64,000 nucleotides of DNA. It comes from an uncultured delta proteobacterium (GTDB lineage Bacteria; Desulfobacterota; WTBG01; CAIYCZ01). The stretch is taken from the NCBI GenBank assembly GCA_963803975.1, contig CAWDOY010000039.1, positions 30,911-94,910 on the forward strand. Direction: 5' to 3'. The notes below the pieces were generated by a model. It was not told the origin of the DNA, did no database searches, and worked only from the letters and a program-made list of their open reading frames with translations. Positions within the stretch are counted from its first letter, which is position 1. The number at the start of each line of letters is the position of its first letter. The position numbers were made by a program, and so were the translations under genes. Of this stretch, positions 54,252 through 64,000 are shown piece after piece.

Positions 54252-54720
54252 ATGGCGCTCTCCACGGACGCAGAGATCCTGATTGCCGGGGTGGGGCATC
54301 CGCTCATGGGCGATGATGCGCTCGGGCTGGAAGTGATACGGGAGCTCGAAGACAGAGAGCCTGCCTGAGCAGGTGCGCCTCGTATATGCCGGAGCATCAC
54401 CTCTTGATATCCTGGGAGAGCTTGCCGGCATACAGAAGCTGATTGTGATCGATGCGGTGACCGGGATTGCACCCGGGGAAATTATAAAAAAACGCTGTGC
54501 GTTAAACCATTCAGACATTCCAATTAACGAGGTCGAGACTCACGGGATCGGCCTCGTTCAAACCCTCAGACTGGCTCAGGAACTACATCCCGGCATAGTG
54601 ATTGTACTGATAGGGGCAGGCATCGAGCCTGCAGCTGCTCCCGGCACGCCACTGCATGACTCCCTTCGCCAGATGATTCCGGCACTCATTGAAACGATTA
54701 AAGATGAAATCACTGCATAG
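54252..54720 (+). CDS. hydrogenase maturation protease (frameshift ~54360)
   Basis: ATG 54252 ...ILIAGVGHPLMGDDALG; LIVIDA, ETHGIG, GIEP. Confidence 0.85.
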
Positions 54721-54752
54721 CTTCTCAAGCAGCTGACGGAGGGATTTCTTTA

Positions 54753-56676
54753 ATGGGCATTTTCTCAGCGCTGGGTAAAAAATTCCTGCCCGGCGAACTT
54801 TCACGGGATGCCGACCCGCACGTCCTGCCGTATTTCCTGGCTGACGGGCAATACTATCAGTCGGGAAAACACCGCGCAGAAGAAGCCGCGATGATTGCCC
54901 AGTGGCTGGTGCGCCTGCGCTGGGTTGCCATCTGCGGCTTTCTGGTGCTGGCAGGATGCTTCCTCATTTTCTTCCGCGCGCTCATGCCGATAGGGGCGCT
55001 GTACGGTTTATGCGGCGTCATCTTTCTCTATAACCTCGCTTTTTTTCTGTTTTTAAAAAGCCAGAAAAGCACGGCCTACCAGACCGCCCTCTTCTCCATC
55101 CGCCTGCAGGTTTTCCTGGACTGGCTGGCGCTGCTGCTGTTCATCCATTTCACGGGCGGCATCTTCAGCCCGCTGATGTTTTTTGTCATACTGCATGTCA
55201 TCATTAATGCCATGATATTTTCTCCCCGGCAGTGCTACATGTATACGGCGCTGCTGCTGTCTGGGGCTTGCCGGGCTGGTGTTTCTGGAATACGTGGCAA
55301 AGATTTTTCCGGTCAACAGCCTCTGGCTGGGACCTGCTCCCCCGCCGCTCACGCCGATTCCGATGCTCCTGGCGTTTCTGCTCTTTTCATTCGTCCTGTT
55401 CGGCTCCACCTTTCTTGCCACCGCCATCATGGGCCGCTTCCGGGAGCGGGAGAACGAGGTGCGGCGCCTGACCGCTTCCCTGCAGAAGGCGCTCACCCGC
55501 ATGGAGACATTGTATGAAACCACCAAGGTAATGGTTGCCAGCTACGACCTCAATGCCGTGCTGGACCTCATCGTACAGGACAGCGTGCGCATCATGGAGG
55601 CCAAAGGGGCTGCGGTGCACCTGCTGCAGGATGGGGGCCAGGAGATGATCCTGGCCGCAACCAGCGGCCTGTCGGATGCGTACCTGCAGAAGGGCCCGAT
55701 AACACCGGAGGACGGGCTCACACCCAAACACTCTGATGAGGTCATCATCGTCGAGGATGTTCAGCATGACCAGCGCATTAAATACCCGCGGGAATCACAG
55801 CAGGAAGGTATCCGGTCAATTATCTCGATTCCGCTGGTGAGTAAGGGAAAAATCCAGGGCGACCTGCGCCTGTATGCAGCAGCGCCGCACCATTTCACCC
55901 CGGACGAGATATCGTTTCTGAAAATTCTGGCAGGAGGCGCCGCCGTGCTCATAGACAATGCCCGGGCGTGGAAGGCCCTTGAGGAGAGCAACAAGAGGAT
56001 TATCTCCTTTGCCTATAAGATCGGGCATGACCTGAAGTCACCGGTGGGTGCCGTCCAGAGCCTGCTTTCTGCCATGCAGGACGGATTCGCGGGAGAGGTG
56101 CCGCCCAAGCAGCGGGAGATTCTTGAGCGCTGCATAAAAAAGCAGGAGCAGCTCCTGCAGCTCATCCGGGATCTGCTGAGCCTGGCAGAGGGCCAGATGT
56201 CTCCCGAAGGGCAGAAGGTGGTGCCCATCGACCTTGCTGCAGCAGCCGCGGAATCCGTCAAGCTCCTTGAAGCCGTATCTCAAGCGAAAGGGGTTGTCAT
56301 CCGCTATGACGGTCCCGGGCAGCCCCTGCTGTTTCAGGAAGTGCTCGGTGATTTTCAGCGCCTGTTTTCCAACCTGCTCGATAACGCTCTCTGCTATACA
56401 CCGGCCGGCGGCAGTGTAGAACTGGAACTGCGCAGCGATGGGCAGAAAATTTCCATACTGGTGAGGGATACCGGGATCGGGATTGAACCGGAATACCGGG
56501 AAAAGATTTTTGAGGAGTTTTTCAGAACCCCCCAGGCCAAACGCTGCCTGTCCAACGGAACCGGGCTCGGGTTGGCAATTGTCAGGGGAATTATCCAGCG
56601 CTACCATGGAACTATCAGCGTCGAGAGTGAGCCGGGGAAAGGCACGGCGTTTCATATCGCGCTGCCGCAACCATAG
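54753..56676 (+). CDS. membrane sensor histidine kinase with GAF domain (frameshift ~55265)
   Basis: WLVRLRW...HFTGG..SP TM region; GAF SIISIPL; HDLKSP, NLLDNA, DTGIGI, GTGLGL. Confidence 0.92.
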
Positions 56677-56724
56677 GGTGCCAGGGCCGTTCGAACCGTT
56701 TTTCCCCTCCCGCCGTATCCTGCA

Positions 56725-56753
56725 TTGACATCAGCAGAATCTTTAGGTAGTTT
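56725..56753 (+). promoter_or_regulatory. sigma70 promoter
   Basis: TTGACA-17 nt-TAGTTT, 47 nt before ATG 56801. Confidence 0.55.
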
Positions 56754-56800
56754 ACTGATACGATTATCGTGTCTCTCTACGCCTGTTCCCGTACGCTAAC

Positions 56801-58265
56801 ATGCATAAGGTGCTTCAGCCGGTCATGAATACGAAAAGATTATCCATTGCTGCCTGTTTGGTTTTTACGTTTAGCATCATCAGCGCGCCGCTGCTCAATC
56901 GAACCGCACCTGCTGCGGTCAAGCGTGCATCTGCGTCACTTCACAACGCACCATCGGCAGCTCTGTCTTCTCCGGCAAAAAAGAAGAAGGCCGCAGCGGT
57001 GAGGAAGAAATCTTCCCGCCGCCGCACGCGGGTAAACCCGCTGCTGCAATCCCATGCCGCCCCTGAGCCCGGCGCGGGTCAGGAGCGAAGTGCCGCTGCT
57101 GCCGGTTATCGAGAAGGGCAGGTCTCTGCTGAAGGCGGAGAAAGTCTCCTATACCCCCTGGACCAGAAGCCACGCTGAAAAGCGCGAGGTGAAGCTGGCA
57201 CTGGCCAATCTTAAAACCGGTTCAATACGGATTGTTTCCGGATGGACCAGGGGTGAGAACCTTTTCCTGAACGACGGGGATATTGTTTTTGAGATAGAAT
57301 GGTGGAACGGGTTTAATTCAGCAATTAATATCCTGAAGCCTGAACACACGGCGGTGGTTGCCATGCTCTACGCGCTGGAGCCAGCGCGCCGCAGTTTTTT
57401 CAGCAGAAACGCCATCCTCTACACGCCCTATTCAAGCGCGCTCATGCAGCCCGAGCTGGTGGCGGCAGGGAAAACCTATCTGCTGGAAAAGATAGCCAGC
57501 GCCCGGCAGGAGCTCAAACATATCGGCTCGCAGGCATTCCCCGGAAGGTCTCTTGCCAGCAGCCCGGCCTTTACCGCGGAAGATTATCTTGCGGTGATCG
57601 TTACCGAGCAGATGGACCCGGGGCGGTTCTATGCGATAGTTTCTGACAGCGTTCTCCTCAGCCGTCAGCAGAACGCCGAACTTGCGCGCCTCGCAGAGCG
57701 CATCCTGGTAATTATCGGCGCGAACCGGGAGGATGCCTACCGCTTTACCGGCAACTATGCCGGCGCCCGCGGCATCACCCAGTTTACCACCATGGGCATG
57801 CGGGTGGTATGGGACAATTATCCGACATCAGGGATCAGCAGCAACTTCCATAAGGCGACCAGCGAGCACGTGAGCGCCATCAAGGCGGAAATCTGTCTGC
57901 TTGACAGGTACCTGGCTGAAATTGCCGGGGAGCACCCGAAGCTGCTCGGTTCAGGGTTTGAAAAATATGCTGCAGCAGCAGCATACAACGGCGGGCCGGA
58001 GCGGGTGAAATTCGGGCTTGAACATTTCGGCCTCAAATGGCTCAACCCGCGGCAGCGGCGCGCCATTCTCTCGGGACGGCAGAAGATGACCCACCGGGAG
58101 CAGCTTGAGTACCAGTGGCTCAAAACCAACCAGTACCACGAGACGTTTATCTACCTTATGAAGCTCCACGCCCTTGAGCAGTCTTCATGGCCCGCTGCCT
58201 CAGGGGTACCGCCGGTGCAGCCGGTAATAAATGCCGCTGCGGAAACAGATGTAACAAGAGATTAG
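56801..58265 (+). CDS. exported protein with lytic-transglycosylase (SLT)-like C-terminal domain (frameshift ~57030)
   Basis: Signal peptide and basic linker; AVIVTEQ, GARGITQFT, AAAYNGGP, ET..Y. Confidence 0.65.
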
Positions 58266-58897
58266 TTGCAGTTTGCCTCTGCTGCCGTGCGGGCCGCCGC
58301 CACCCGCTTCCTTTTTGCGCGCAGTCTCAGCACGATAAACATAGTAAGCAGCGCACCGTAGTTCAGCGCCATGAACCAGGGCCTGCCCCAGGAGATGCCG
58401 TCAACCTTAATATCAGAAAGCGGCCAGAGAAACGGAGTGGGGTAGAGCAGCAAAGTGTGACTTGGTATGTCAATCAGGATGTGCAGCAGCCAGCCAAACA
58501 TTTCCCGGGGCGGTGTTGCGGGTGTGGCTGCAACCACGGGTAATTTCACGCCGCGGTAATAATTGAGCCGGTACCAGCGCGCGGCCCAGACCAGAAAGAA
58601 CACGGAGGCAAAGATTATAAGGCTGTGCGTCGGGTGGTAGAGGGCATTGGTCAGGCGGAAGATGAAAAACTTCGCGCGCACCTCGGGCGGCAGCAGCTCG
58701 GGCCGCGGCACTTCGGAAAAGTGAACGCCCTGCATCAGCATCAGCCACAGCATCCAGCATATCGCCGGCGTGAAGGAGGCCAGGTCCGGCATCACCCCCC
58801 AGAATAACACCCATCCGGTGCGGATTTTTTTTTGCGCAACACTGTTGGCTGTTTTCGCAGCTGCCACAGCCCAGAGCCCGTGTGCAAGCGTGTCCAT
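58262..58897 (-). CDS. membrane metal-dependent hydrolase (YdjM-like)
   Basis: MDTLAH, PD, THS, HILID..SH, PFLWPLS. Confidence 0.8.
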   Translation of the reverse strand: MDTLAHGLWAVAAAKTANSVAQKKIRTGWVLFWGVMPDLASFTPAICWMLWLMLMQGVHFSEVPRPELLPPEVRAKFFIFRLTNALYHPTHSLIIFASVFFLVWAARWYRLNYYRGVKLPVVAATPATPPREMFGWLLHILIDIPSHTLLLYPTPFLWPLSDIKVDGISWGRPWFMALNYGALLTMFIVLRLRAKRKRVAAARTAAEANCN

Positions 58898-59033
58898 GAA
58901 AAATCATCTCCTGATTAGATTGAGCTTATCCACAGTACCTTCAACCGGCTGATAATTCGTGCAACGGTTATTATTTCTTACCATGTATAAGCACTTCTGT
59001 GAAGCCACCTCTCAAAAGAGTGCAACTTTTAAT

Positions 59034-59062
59034 TTGACGGGCAGGCGGTTTTGCATTAAGGT
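59034..59062 (+). promoter_or_regulatory. possible sigma70 promoter of PIN-PhoH
   Basis: TTGACG-17 nt-TAAGGT. Confidence 0.45.
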
Positions 59063-59104
59063 GTTTCCTGACTCAAGGTAGCGAACTGTGACAAAGGGTT
59101 AAAT

Positions 59105-60436
59105 TTGGCTGCGGGAAAAAAGAAGCTATTTGTCCTCGACACCAACGTCATCCTCCACGACAGCTCCTGCATCTATCAGTTCCAGGAGCATGACGTCGTG
59201 GTCCCCATAACCGTCCTGGAAGAGCTCGACCAGTTCAAGAAGGGCAACGACACCTTGAACTTCCAAGCCCGCGAGTTCGTCCGCGCACTCGACCTTTTAA
59301 GCGGTGACAAGCTCTTTAACGGCGGCGTCAAGATCGGGCCGAACCGGGGACGGATTTCCATCAAGCTTGAGCAGACCTTCCACGAAAAAATTGCTTTTAA
59401 CTATCCCGCGAACAAGCCCGACCATCATATCCTGAACACCGCCTATCTCCTCTCCATCGACAATCCTTCAAGAAGCGTTATCCTGGTCACCAAGGATGTC
59501 AACCTGCGCATGAAGGCAAAGTCAATCAGCCTGATGGCTCAGGACTACACCACCGACCATGTGAAGGACATTTCCGTACTGTACGCGGGGCGGCGCATCG
59601 CAGAGCATGTTCCGGAAGACCTGATCGACCGGATGTACGCAGAGCCCTACCAGATCGAGGCGGCGGTGCTTCCGCTCGCTGCACCGCTCATTCCCAATGA
59701 ATACCTGATCATGCGCAATGACAAGAAGTCGGCTCTTGCGACCTATGATCCGATCGGAAAGGCCATCAGGCGCATTGATAAGGCCTCAGCCTATGGCATA
59801 ACCCCGCGTAATGCCGAGCAGATATTCGCCCTGAATGCCCTGTTGAATCCTGACATCCGCCTGGTCACTATTTCCGGCAAGGCCGGCACGGGAAAGACGC
59901 TGCTGGCACTTGCCGCGGCACTGGAGAAGCGCAAATACTACCGTCAGATCTATGTTGCCCGGCCCATCGTGCCCCTGAGCAACAAGGACCTGGGATATCT
60001 GCCGGGCGACATCCAGGCCAAGCTTGACCCCTACGTGCAGCCGCTGTTTGACAACCTCGGCGTCATTCAGGACCAGTTCCAGGAAACCGATGCCAACCAC
60101 CGCCGCATCAGGGAACTGCGTGAAGAAGGCAAGCTGGTGATTGCACCGCTGTCCTACATCCGCGGCCGCAGCCTGGTGAAGATTTATTTTATCGTTGACG
60201 AAGCGCAGAACCTGACGCCCCATGAAGTCAAGACTATTATCACTCGCGCCGGCGAAGGCACCAAGGTGGTCTTAACCGGGGATATTTTCCAGATCGATCA
60301 TCCCTATCTGAACAGCTATTCTAATGGCCTGAGCTATCTCATAGACAAGATGCAGGGGCAGAACCTGTATGCCCATGTCAACCTTGAAAAAGGCGAGCGC
60401 TCAGAGCTTGCAGACCTTGCGAGCACTATCCTGTAA
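59105..60436 (+). CDS. PIN-PhoH (PhoH2-type) protein
   Basis: FVLDTNVILHD, VLEELD, TKDVNLR; GKAGTGKT, LGYLPG, YIRGRS, DEAQN, GD..QID. Confidence 0.95.
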   Translation: MAAGKKKLFVLDTNVILHDSSCIYQFQEHDVVVPITVLEELDQFKKGNDTLNFQAREFVRALDLLSGDKLFNGGVKIGPNRGRISIKLEQTFHEKIAFNYPANKPDHHILNTAYLLSIDNPSRSVILVTKDVNLRMKAKSISLMAQDYTTDHVKDISVLYAGRRIAEHVPEDLIDRMYAEPYQIEAAVLPLAAPLIPNEYLIMRNDKKSALATYDPIGKAIRRIDKASAYGITPRNAEQIFALNALLNPDIRLVTISGKAGTGKTLLALAAALEKRKYYRQIYVARPIVPLSNKDLGYLPGDIQAKLDPYVQPLFDNLGVIQDQFQETDANHRRIRELREEGKLVIAPLSYIRGRSLVKIYFIVDEAQNLTPHEVKTIITRAGEGTKVVLTGDIFQIDHPYLNSYSNGLSYLIDKMQGQNLYAHVNLEKGERSELADLASTIL

Positions 60437-60444
60437 GCCTGCCT

Positions 60445-61737
60445 ATGCATGATGCAGCCACCCACCGCCCCGCTCAACCGATGAAGCCTCCCCGGATGCC
60501 CCGGCGCCTGAACCTGGTGCTTCTTTTTTTCACCTGCAATCTCATCTGCTATATGGACCGGATCAACATCGCCGTCACTGCTCCGGTAATCATGAAAGAG
60601 CTGGGCTGGAACGAGGCAGCGCTGGGCATTATCCTCTCCTCATTTTTCTGGGGCTATACCCTGCTGCAGATACCGGGCGGATGGCTGGCAGACCGCTACG
60701 GCGGAAAAAGGGTTTTAAGCATCGGGGTGCTGTGGTGGTCGTTTTTTACCCTGATAACCCCGCTGGCGCGTACTGCCGGCGCGATGGCAATAATGCGCTC
60801 TCTGATGGGACTGGGCGAAGGGGTCAACTTTCCCTCCATTCAAAGCCTTGCTTCAAAGTGGATTCCGGTTGGCGAGCGGTCCCGGGTATCGGGCTTTATC
60901 CTGTCCGGCATTTCCGTGGGAAATATTATTGCCTTTCCTCTGGCCACCTGGATCATGACCGCTCTGGGCTGGCACTATGTTTTTTATATTTTCGGCCTGT
61001 TCGGCTTTTTCTGGTTTATCTTCTGGTACCGGTGCGCGGCGGAACGGCCCGAGGAGCACGCGGGCATAGATCCGCAGGAGCTTGCCTATATCACCGCAAA
61101 CAGGCCGGAGCTTCCGCCGGTGGAAAAAATTCCGTGGTCGCTGCTGCTTTCAAAGCTCCCGGTGTGGGCACTGGTGGTCAATCACTTTTGCGGGAGCTGG
61201 GGATTTTTTATGTTCCTGACCTGGCTCCCCACGTATCTGGTCAAGGCCCACGGCTTCTCCATTAAGGAGATGGGGCTCTACTCGATGCTGCCGTATCTGG
61301 TCATGGTGATTGGCAGCAACGGGGCAGGGTGGCTGGCGGATTACTGTATTAAAAAGAGCGGCAACATAACGCTTACGAGAAAAATTATTCATACCATCAG
61401 CCTGACCGGGGGCAGCATCGCACTTATCTATCTGGCCGGTGCTGAAACAAAGACCGCCGTCATCACCCTTGTTTCCTGCGCTCTGGGCTTTCTTTCCATG
61501 ACCGGCAGCACCACCGGGCCCAATGCCATGGACATCGGCCCCCGCTATGCAGGCATCATCATGGGCATGCAGACAACCGCCGGAAATATTGCTGGCATTG
61601 TCGTGCCGGTGGTGGTAGGTTTTATTGTATCAGCATACAACCGCTGGGACCTCATCTTCTATATTGCGGCCGGCGTGCTGATGTTTGGCGCTCTCGTCTG
61701 GGACCTGTTTGCAACCGGAGAACAGGTGCTGGAGTAA
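60445..61737 (+). CDS. MFS transporter, anion:cation symporter family
   Basis: YMDR.NI, SSFFWGY...QIPGGWLADRYGGK, W.P..ER, TWLPTYL. Confidence 0.93.
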   Translation: MHDAATHRPAQPMKPPRMPRRLNLVLLFFTCNLICYMDRINIAVTAPVIMKELGWNEAALGIILSSFFWGYTLLQIPGGWLADRYGGKRVLSIGVLWWSFFTLITPLARTAGAMAIMRSLMGLGEGVNFPSIQSLASKWIPVGERSRVSGFILSGISVGNIIAFPLATWIMTALGWHYVFYIFGLFGFFWFIFWYRCAAERPEEHAGIDPQELAYITANRPELPPVEKIPWSLLLSKLPVWALVVNHFCGSWGFFMFLTWLPTYLVKAHGFSIKEMGLYSMLPYLVMVIGSNGAGWLADYCIKKSGNITLTRKIIHTISLTGGSIALIYLAGAETKTAVITLVSCALGFLSMTGSTTGPNAMDIGPRYAGIIMGMQTTAGNIAGIVVPVVVGFIVSAYNRWDLIFYIAAGVLMFGALVWDLFATGEQVLE

Positions 61738-61835
61738 AGCTCGGGGTTGGGATCCGGGACTCGGTGAAAAGTGAAAGGCTGAAAGCTGAGAGCTGACAGC
61801 TTCAACGCTTTCAGCCAGGAACAGGGAGGTGACGT

Positions 61836-62246
61836 ATGAAGCAAAGAGTATGTATCATTCTTGCCGCATGGCTGATCGCGGCTTTCGCGGGGTTGCTGGT
61901 GCCGGGTGTCCAGGCAGGCGATGTCCCGCGCATTACCAAAGAGGAGCTGAAACAGAAGCTCTGCTCGCCGGAGGTGATTATCCTTGATGCACGGGCTGCC
62001 GGGAGCTGGGGAAAAAGCAATCAAACGATTAAATGTTCAAAGCGGGTGGATCCGGACAACGTTGCCGCCTGGTCAGGCACGCTGCCAAAAAATAAGGAAA
62101 TCGTTTTGTATTGCTCCTGAACAGCTGAGCACACCAGCGCCCGGGTGGCGCAGGAGCTCTTGTCTAAAGGTTTCACCAAAGTGAAGGCCCTGAAAGGCGG
62201 CTGGAACGAGTGGGTGGAAAATAAATATCCGGTGGAGAATAAGTAG
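61836..62246 (+). CDS. exported rhodanese-like selenoprotein (CxU), read through UGA 62118-62120
   Basis: IVLYCS-UGA-TAEHTSARVAQELLSKGFTKVKALKGGWNEW...YPVENK-TAG completes the domain in frame; hairpin GCGCC-CGGGT-GGCGC at 62137-62151. Confidence 0.88.
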
Positions 62247-62343
62247 TATGAAGCTGTCAGCCGACAGCTGTTAGCTATCAGCTGCAATAATTTTTTCTCT
62301 GTGGTTCATTGTTGCTGCGCGTATTTCACATCAGGAGGGCGGA

Positions 62344-63076
62344 ATGGAAGAGAAGACACTGCCGATCAGGTTTAATGAGATTCTGCGGGAGGAGATGGGG
62401 AAGGTTTTTGCAGCTGAAGCCGCTGCCGCTTGATCCGGACTTTGCCCTTAAATATCCCAGCGAAGAAGATAAGAGCGTCTGTCTCAAAAACGAGCTGCTG
62501 GCCTGCGACAAGACCTCCGGCATCCGCATCGGCGCCATGGATTTTGCCGGCTCCATGCTGGTGCACTTCGGCAGCGCGCAGCCGGGCAAAGATTATGATT
62601 TCCCGGTGTTTGGCTACACCTTTGCTTATTCCAGCAAATTTTTAATAGCTGTTCTTGATCTGCACCCCGTTGCAAAAGACAGGGAATACACGGAGAAATA
62701 CATTGCCCCGCTCCAGGCTATTTCTCAAAAATATGCCTGGATACCCAAGACCGAGGGCGGACGCTCGGAAGTGCATGACTGGGCGAAAAAATATGACTCA
62801 GGCTGCGCCCTCTACCGCTGGTGCGACCCGCAGTATGTGCCGAACGTGGAAGAGGCATTCCGGGATTACCTCCGGGCCTTTTGCCAGTGCATTAAAAAGG
62901 CGGAGCCGCTCACCGATCCGTCACTGCGCAAAAGGCGCGACCAGTATCTGGAGGACTACCGTTATGACTATATAACCTATGATCCCGGCAGCGCCCCGCT
63001 GCAGCATCATTTCGGCGAGGAATGGGGCGAGCGGTATCTGAAGGAGTTTTTGTTCGCCGGGGAACAACGCAAATAG
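62344..63076 (+). CDS. ferredoxin-dependent bilin reductase-fold protein (PcyA/PebA/PebB/HY2-like; frameshift ~62405)
   Basis: AGGAGG RBS before ATG 62344; P...YDFPVFG, LDLHP, EKY..PL, F.DYL..F, DP....L...FGEEW.ERYL.EFLF. Confidence 0.8.
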
Positions 63077-63163
63077 TTAATAAATTCACTTGATATAATT
63101 TGGCAGGACTTGCAGCAGCTAAATATTGTTGCAAGTCCTTTTTTATTATTGGATAACCTTACT

Positions 63164-63613
63164 ATGTTCAATGATAATCACAGATATATAAAAATATCTC
63201 TGCTCATCCTTATTCTTTCAGTCCTGTGCTTGTACAGCTACCGGGAAAGTAAAAAAATATATATAGACCTTGAAATGTGCCTTGCCAATGCTGGGCAGTT
63301 TGACGGGAAAGAAATCATCCTGGAAAGTTATGTTTCCGTGAGCAGCGTCTTAAAAGACCGGTTTGAAATAGAGCAGGAGGGCAAAAAGATATTGGTCATG
63401 GGCACGCCGGAGGGCCTTTCCCCCGGTGATGAAATAGCCATCCGGGCAGTCTTCCACCGGGAGGGCTATCTCTTGCTCCAGGAGATGCACATCAAAAAAT
63501 TGCGGACCATTAAGATTATCATATCCCTTGCCGCCGCGCTGTTTCTTATCTGGCTGTTTTTCTCACGATACCGGTTTACTCTCAAGGATTTTCAGTTTGT
63601 GGAGCGCACCTGA
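63164..63613 (+). CDS. membrane protein with possible OB-fold-like soluble domain
   Basis: TM helices at both ends, central beta-rich region (GLSPGDEIAIRAVF). Confidence 0.6.
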   Translation: MFNDNHRYIKISLLILILSVLCLYSYRESKKIYIDLEMCLANAGQFDGKEIILESYVSVSSVLKDRFEIEQEGKKILVMGTPEGLSPGDEIAIRAVFHREGYLLLQEMHIKKLRTIKIIISLAAALFLIWLFFSRYRFTLKDFQFVERT

Positions 63614-64000
63614 TGCCGGACCTGATTACGCACCTGTCCATCAGTTATTTTCTCAATAAGCCGTTTAAAATCTTCAGATACAGTACGCTCTTTTATGTCG
63701 GGGCAGTGCTGCCGGATATTGCTACCCGGGCTGTTTCCATACCCTATCATCCCGCTGAGTTTGCGGTGTATCCGCTGCATACGCCGATGGGAATTGTGCT
63801 GCTGTGCCTGCTGCTCAGCTTTTTCTTTGCGGAAGCTGAGAGAAAACAGGTGTTCGTAAGCCTTATTGCCGGATCGTCACTGCATCTTTTCCTTGACCTG
63901 TTTCAAAAACATATGCAGCCGGGCTACACCCTGCTGTTTCCCTTTTCCTGGAGAGCCTTTGAATTCGGCCTTTTCTGGCCGGAAACCATAGTAAGCATGG
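63613..64000 (+). CDS. metal-dependent hydrolase (YdjM-like), partial, frameshifted
   Basis: MPDLITH...GAVLPD; shifted frame LHTP...SLHLFLD...LLFPFSW; runs off the window. Confidence 0.75.
   Translation, partial: MPDLITHLSISYFLNKPFKIFRYSTLFYVGAVLPDIATRAVSIPYHPAEFAVYPLHTPMGIVLLCLLLSFFFAEAERKQVFVSLIAGSSLHLFLDLFQKHMQPGYTLLFPFSWRAFEFGLFWPETIVSM

Noticed and set aside
59105..60436. PIN-PhoH as a toxin-antitoxin or defence module
   Set aside because: No upstream antitoxin gene; PhoH2-type proteins are common stand-alone genes.

Overview
Chromosomal window from an anaerobic, selenocysteine-using bacterium; the gene content points to a deltaproteobacterium (Desulfobacterota-like), which is inference. 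About 55 protein genes were seen, and no rRNA, tRNA, CRISPR array, prophage or intact transposase. Many genes are split by single-base indels that restore clean family sequences when corrected, which looks like uncorrected long-read error rather than decay. Recognisable content: polA, ychF, purF, purN, pncA; a Sec-containing formate dehydrogenase operon divergent from an aldehyde:ferredoxin oxidoreductase; a group 3b NiFe hydrogenase operon with an embedded response regulator, maturation protease and GAF kinase; a Gld-like ABC transporter; a MoxR-vWA pair; an L,D-transpeptidase with an M15 peptidase; PIN-PhoH. Best leads: (1) a ParA/Soj ATPase fused to a CBM48 glycogen-binding domain followed by a stand-alone CBM48 protein with a basic N-terminal tail, a candidate glycogen-granule positioning system; (2) two ferredoxin-dependent bilin-reductase-fold proteins in a non-phototroph; (3) an ExbB/ExbD motor coupled to a TonB-like SxxxH helix-vWA protein, a large TPR protein and a lipoprotein; (4) a hidden multiheme cytochrome c on a Thr-rich stalk; (5) an exported rhodanese selenoprotein cut short by the ORF track; (6) a secreted chelatase-like protein sharing a C-terminal module with its FG-GAP neighbour; (7) a family of modular intergenic heptamer repeats. 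All family calls are by-eye motif recognition; no searches were run.
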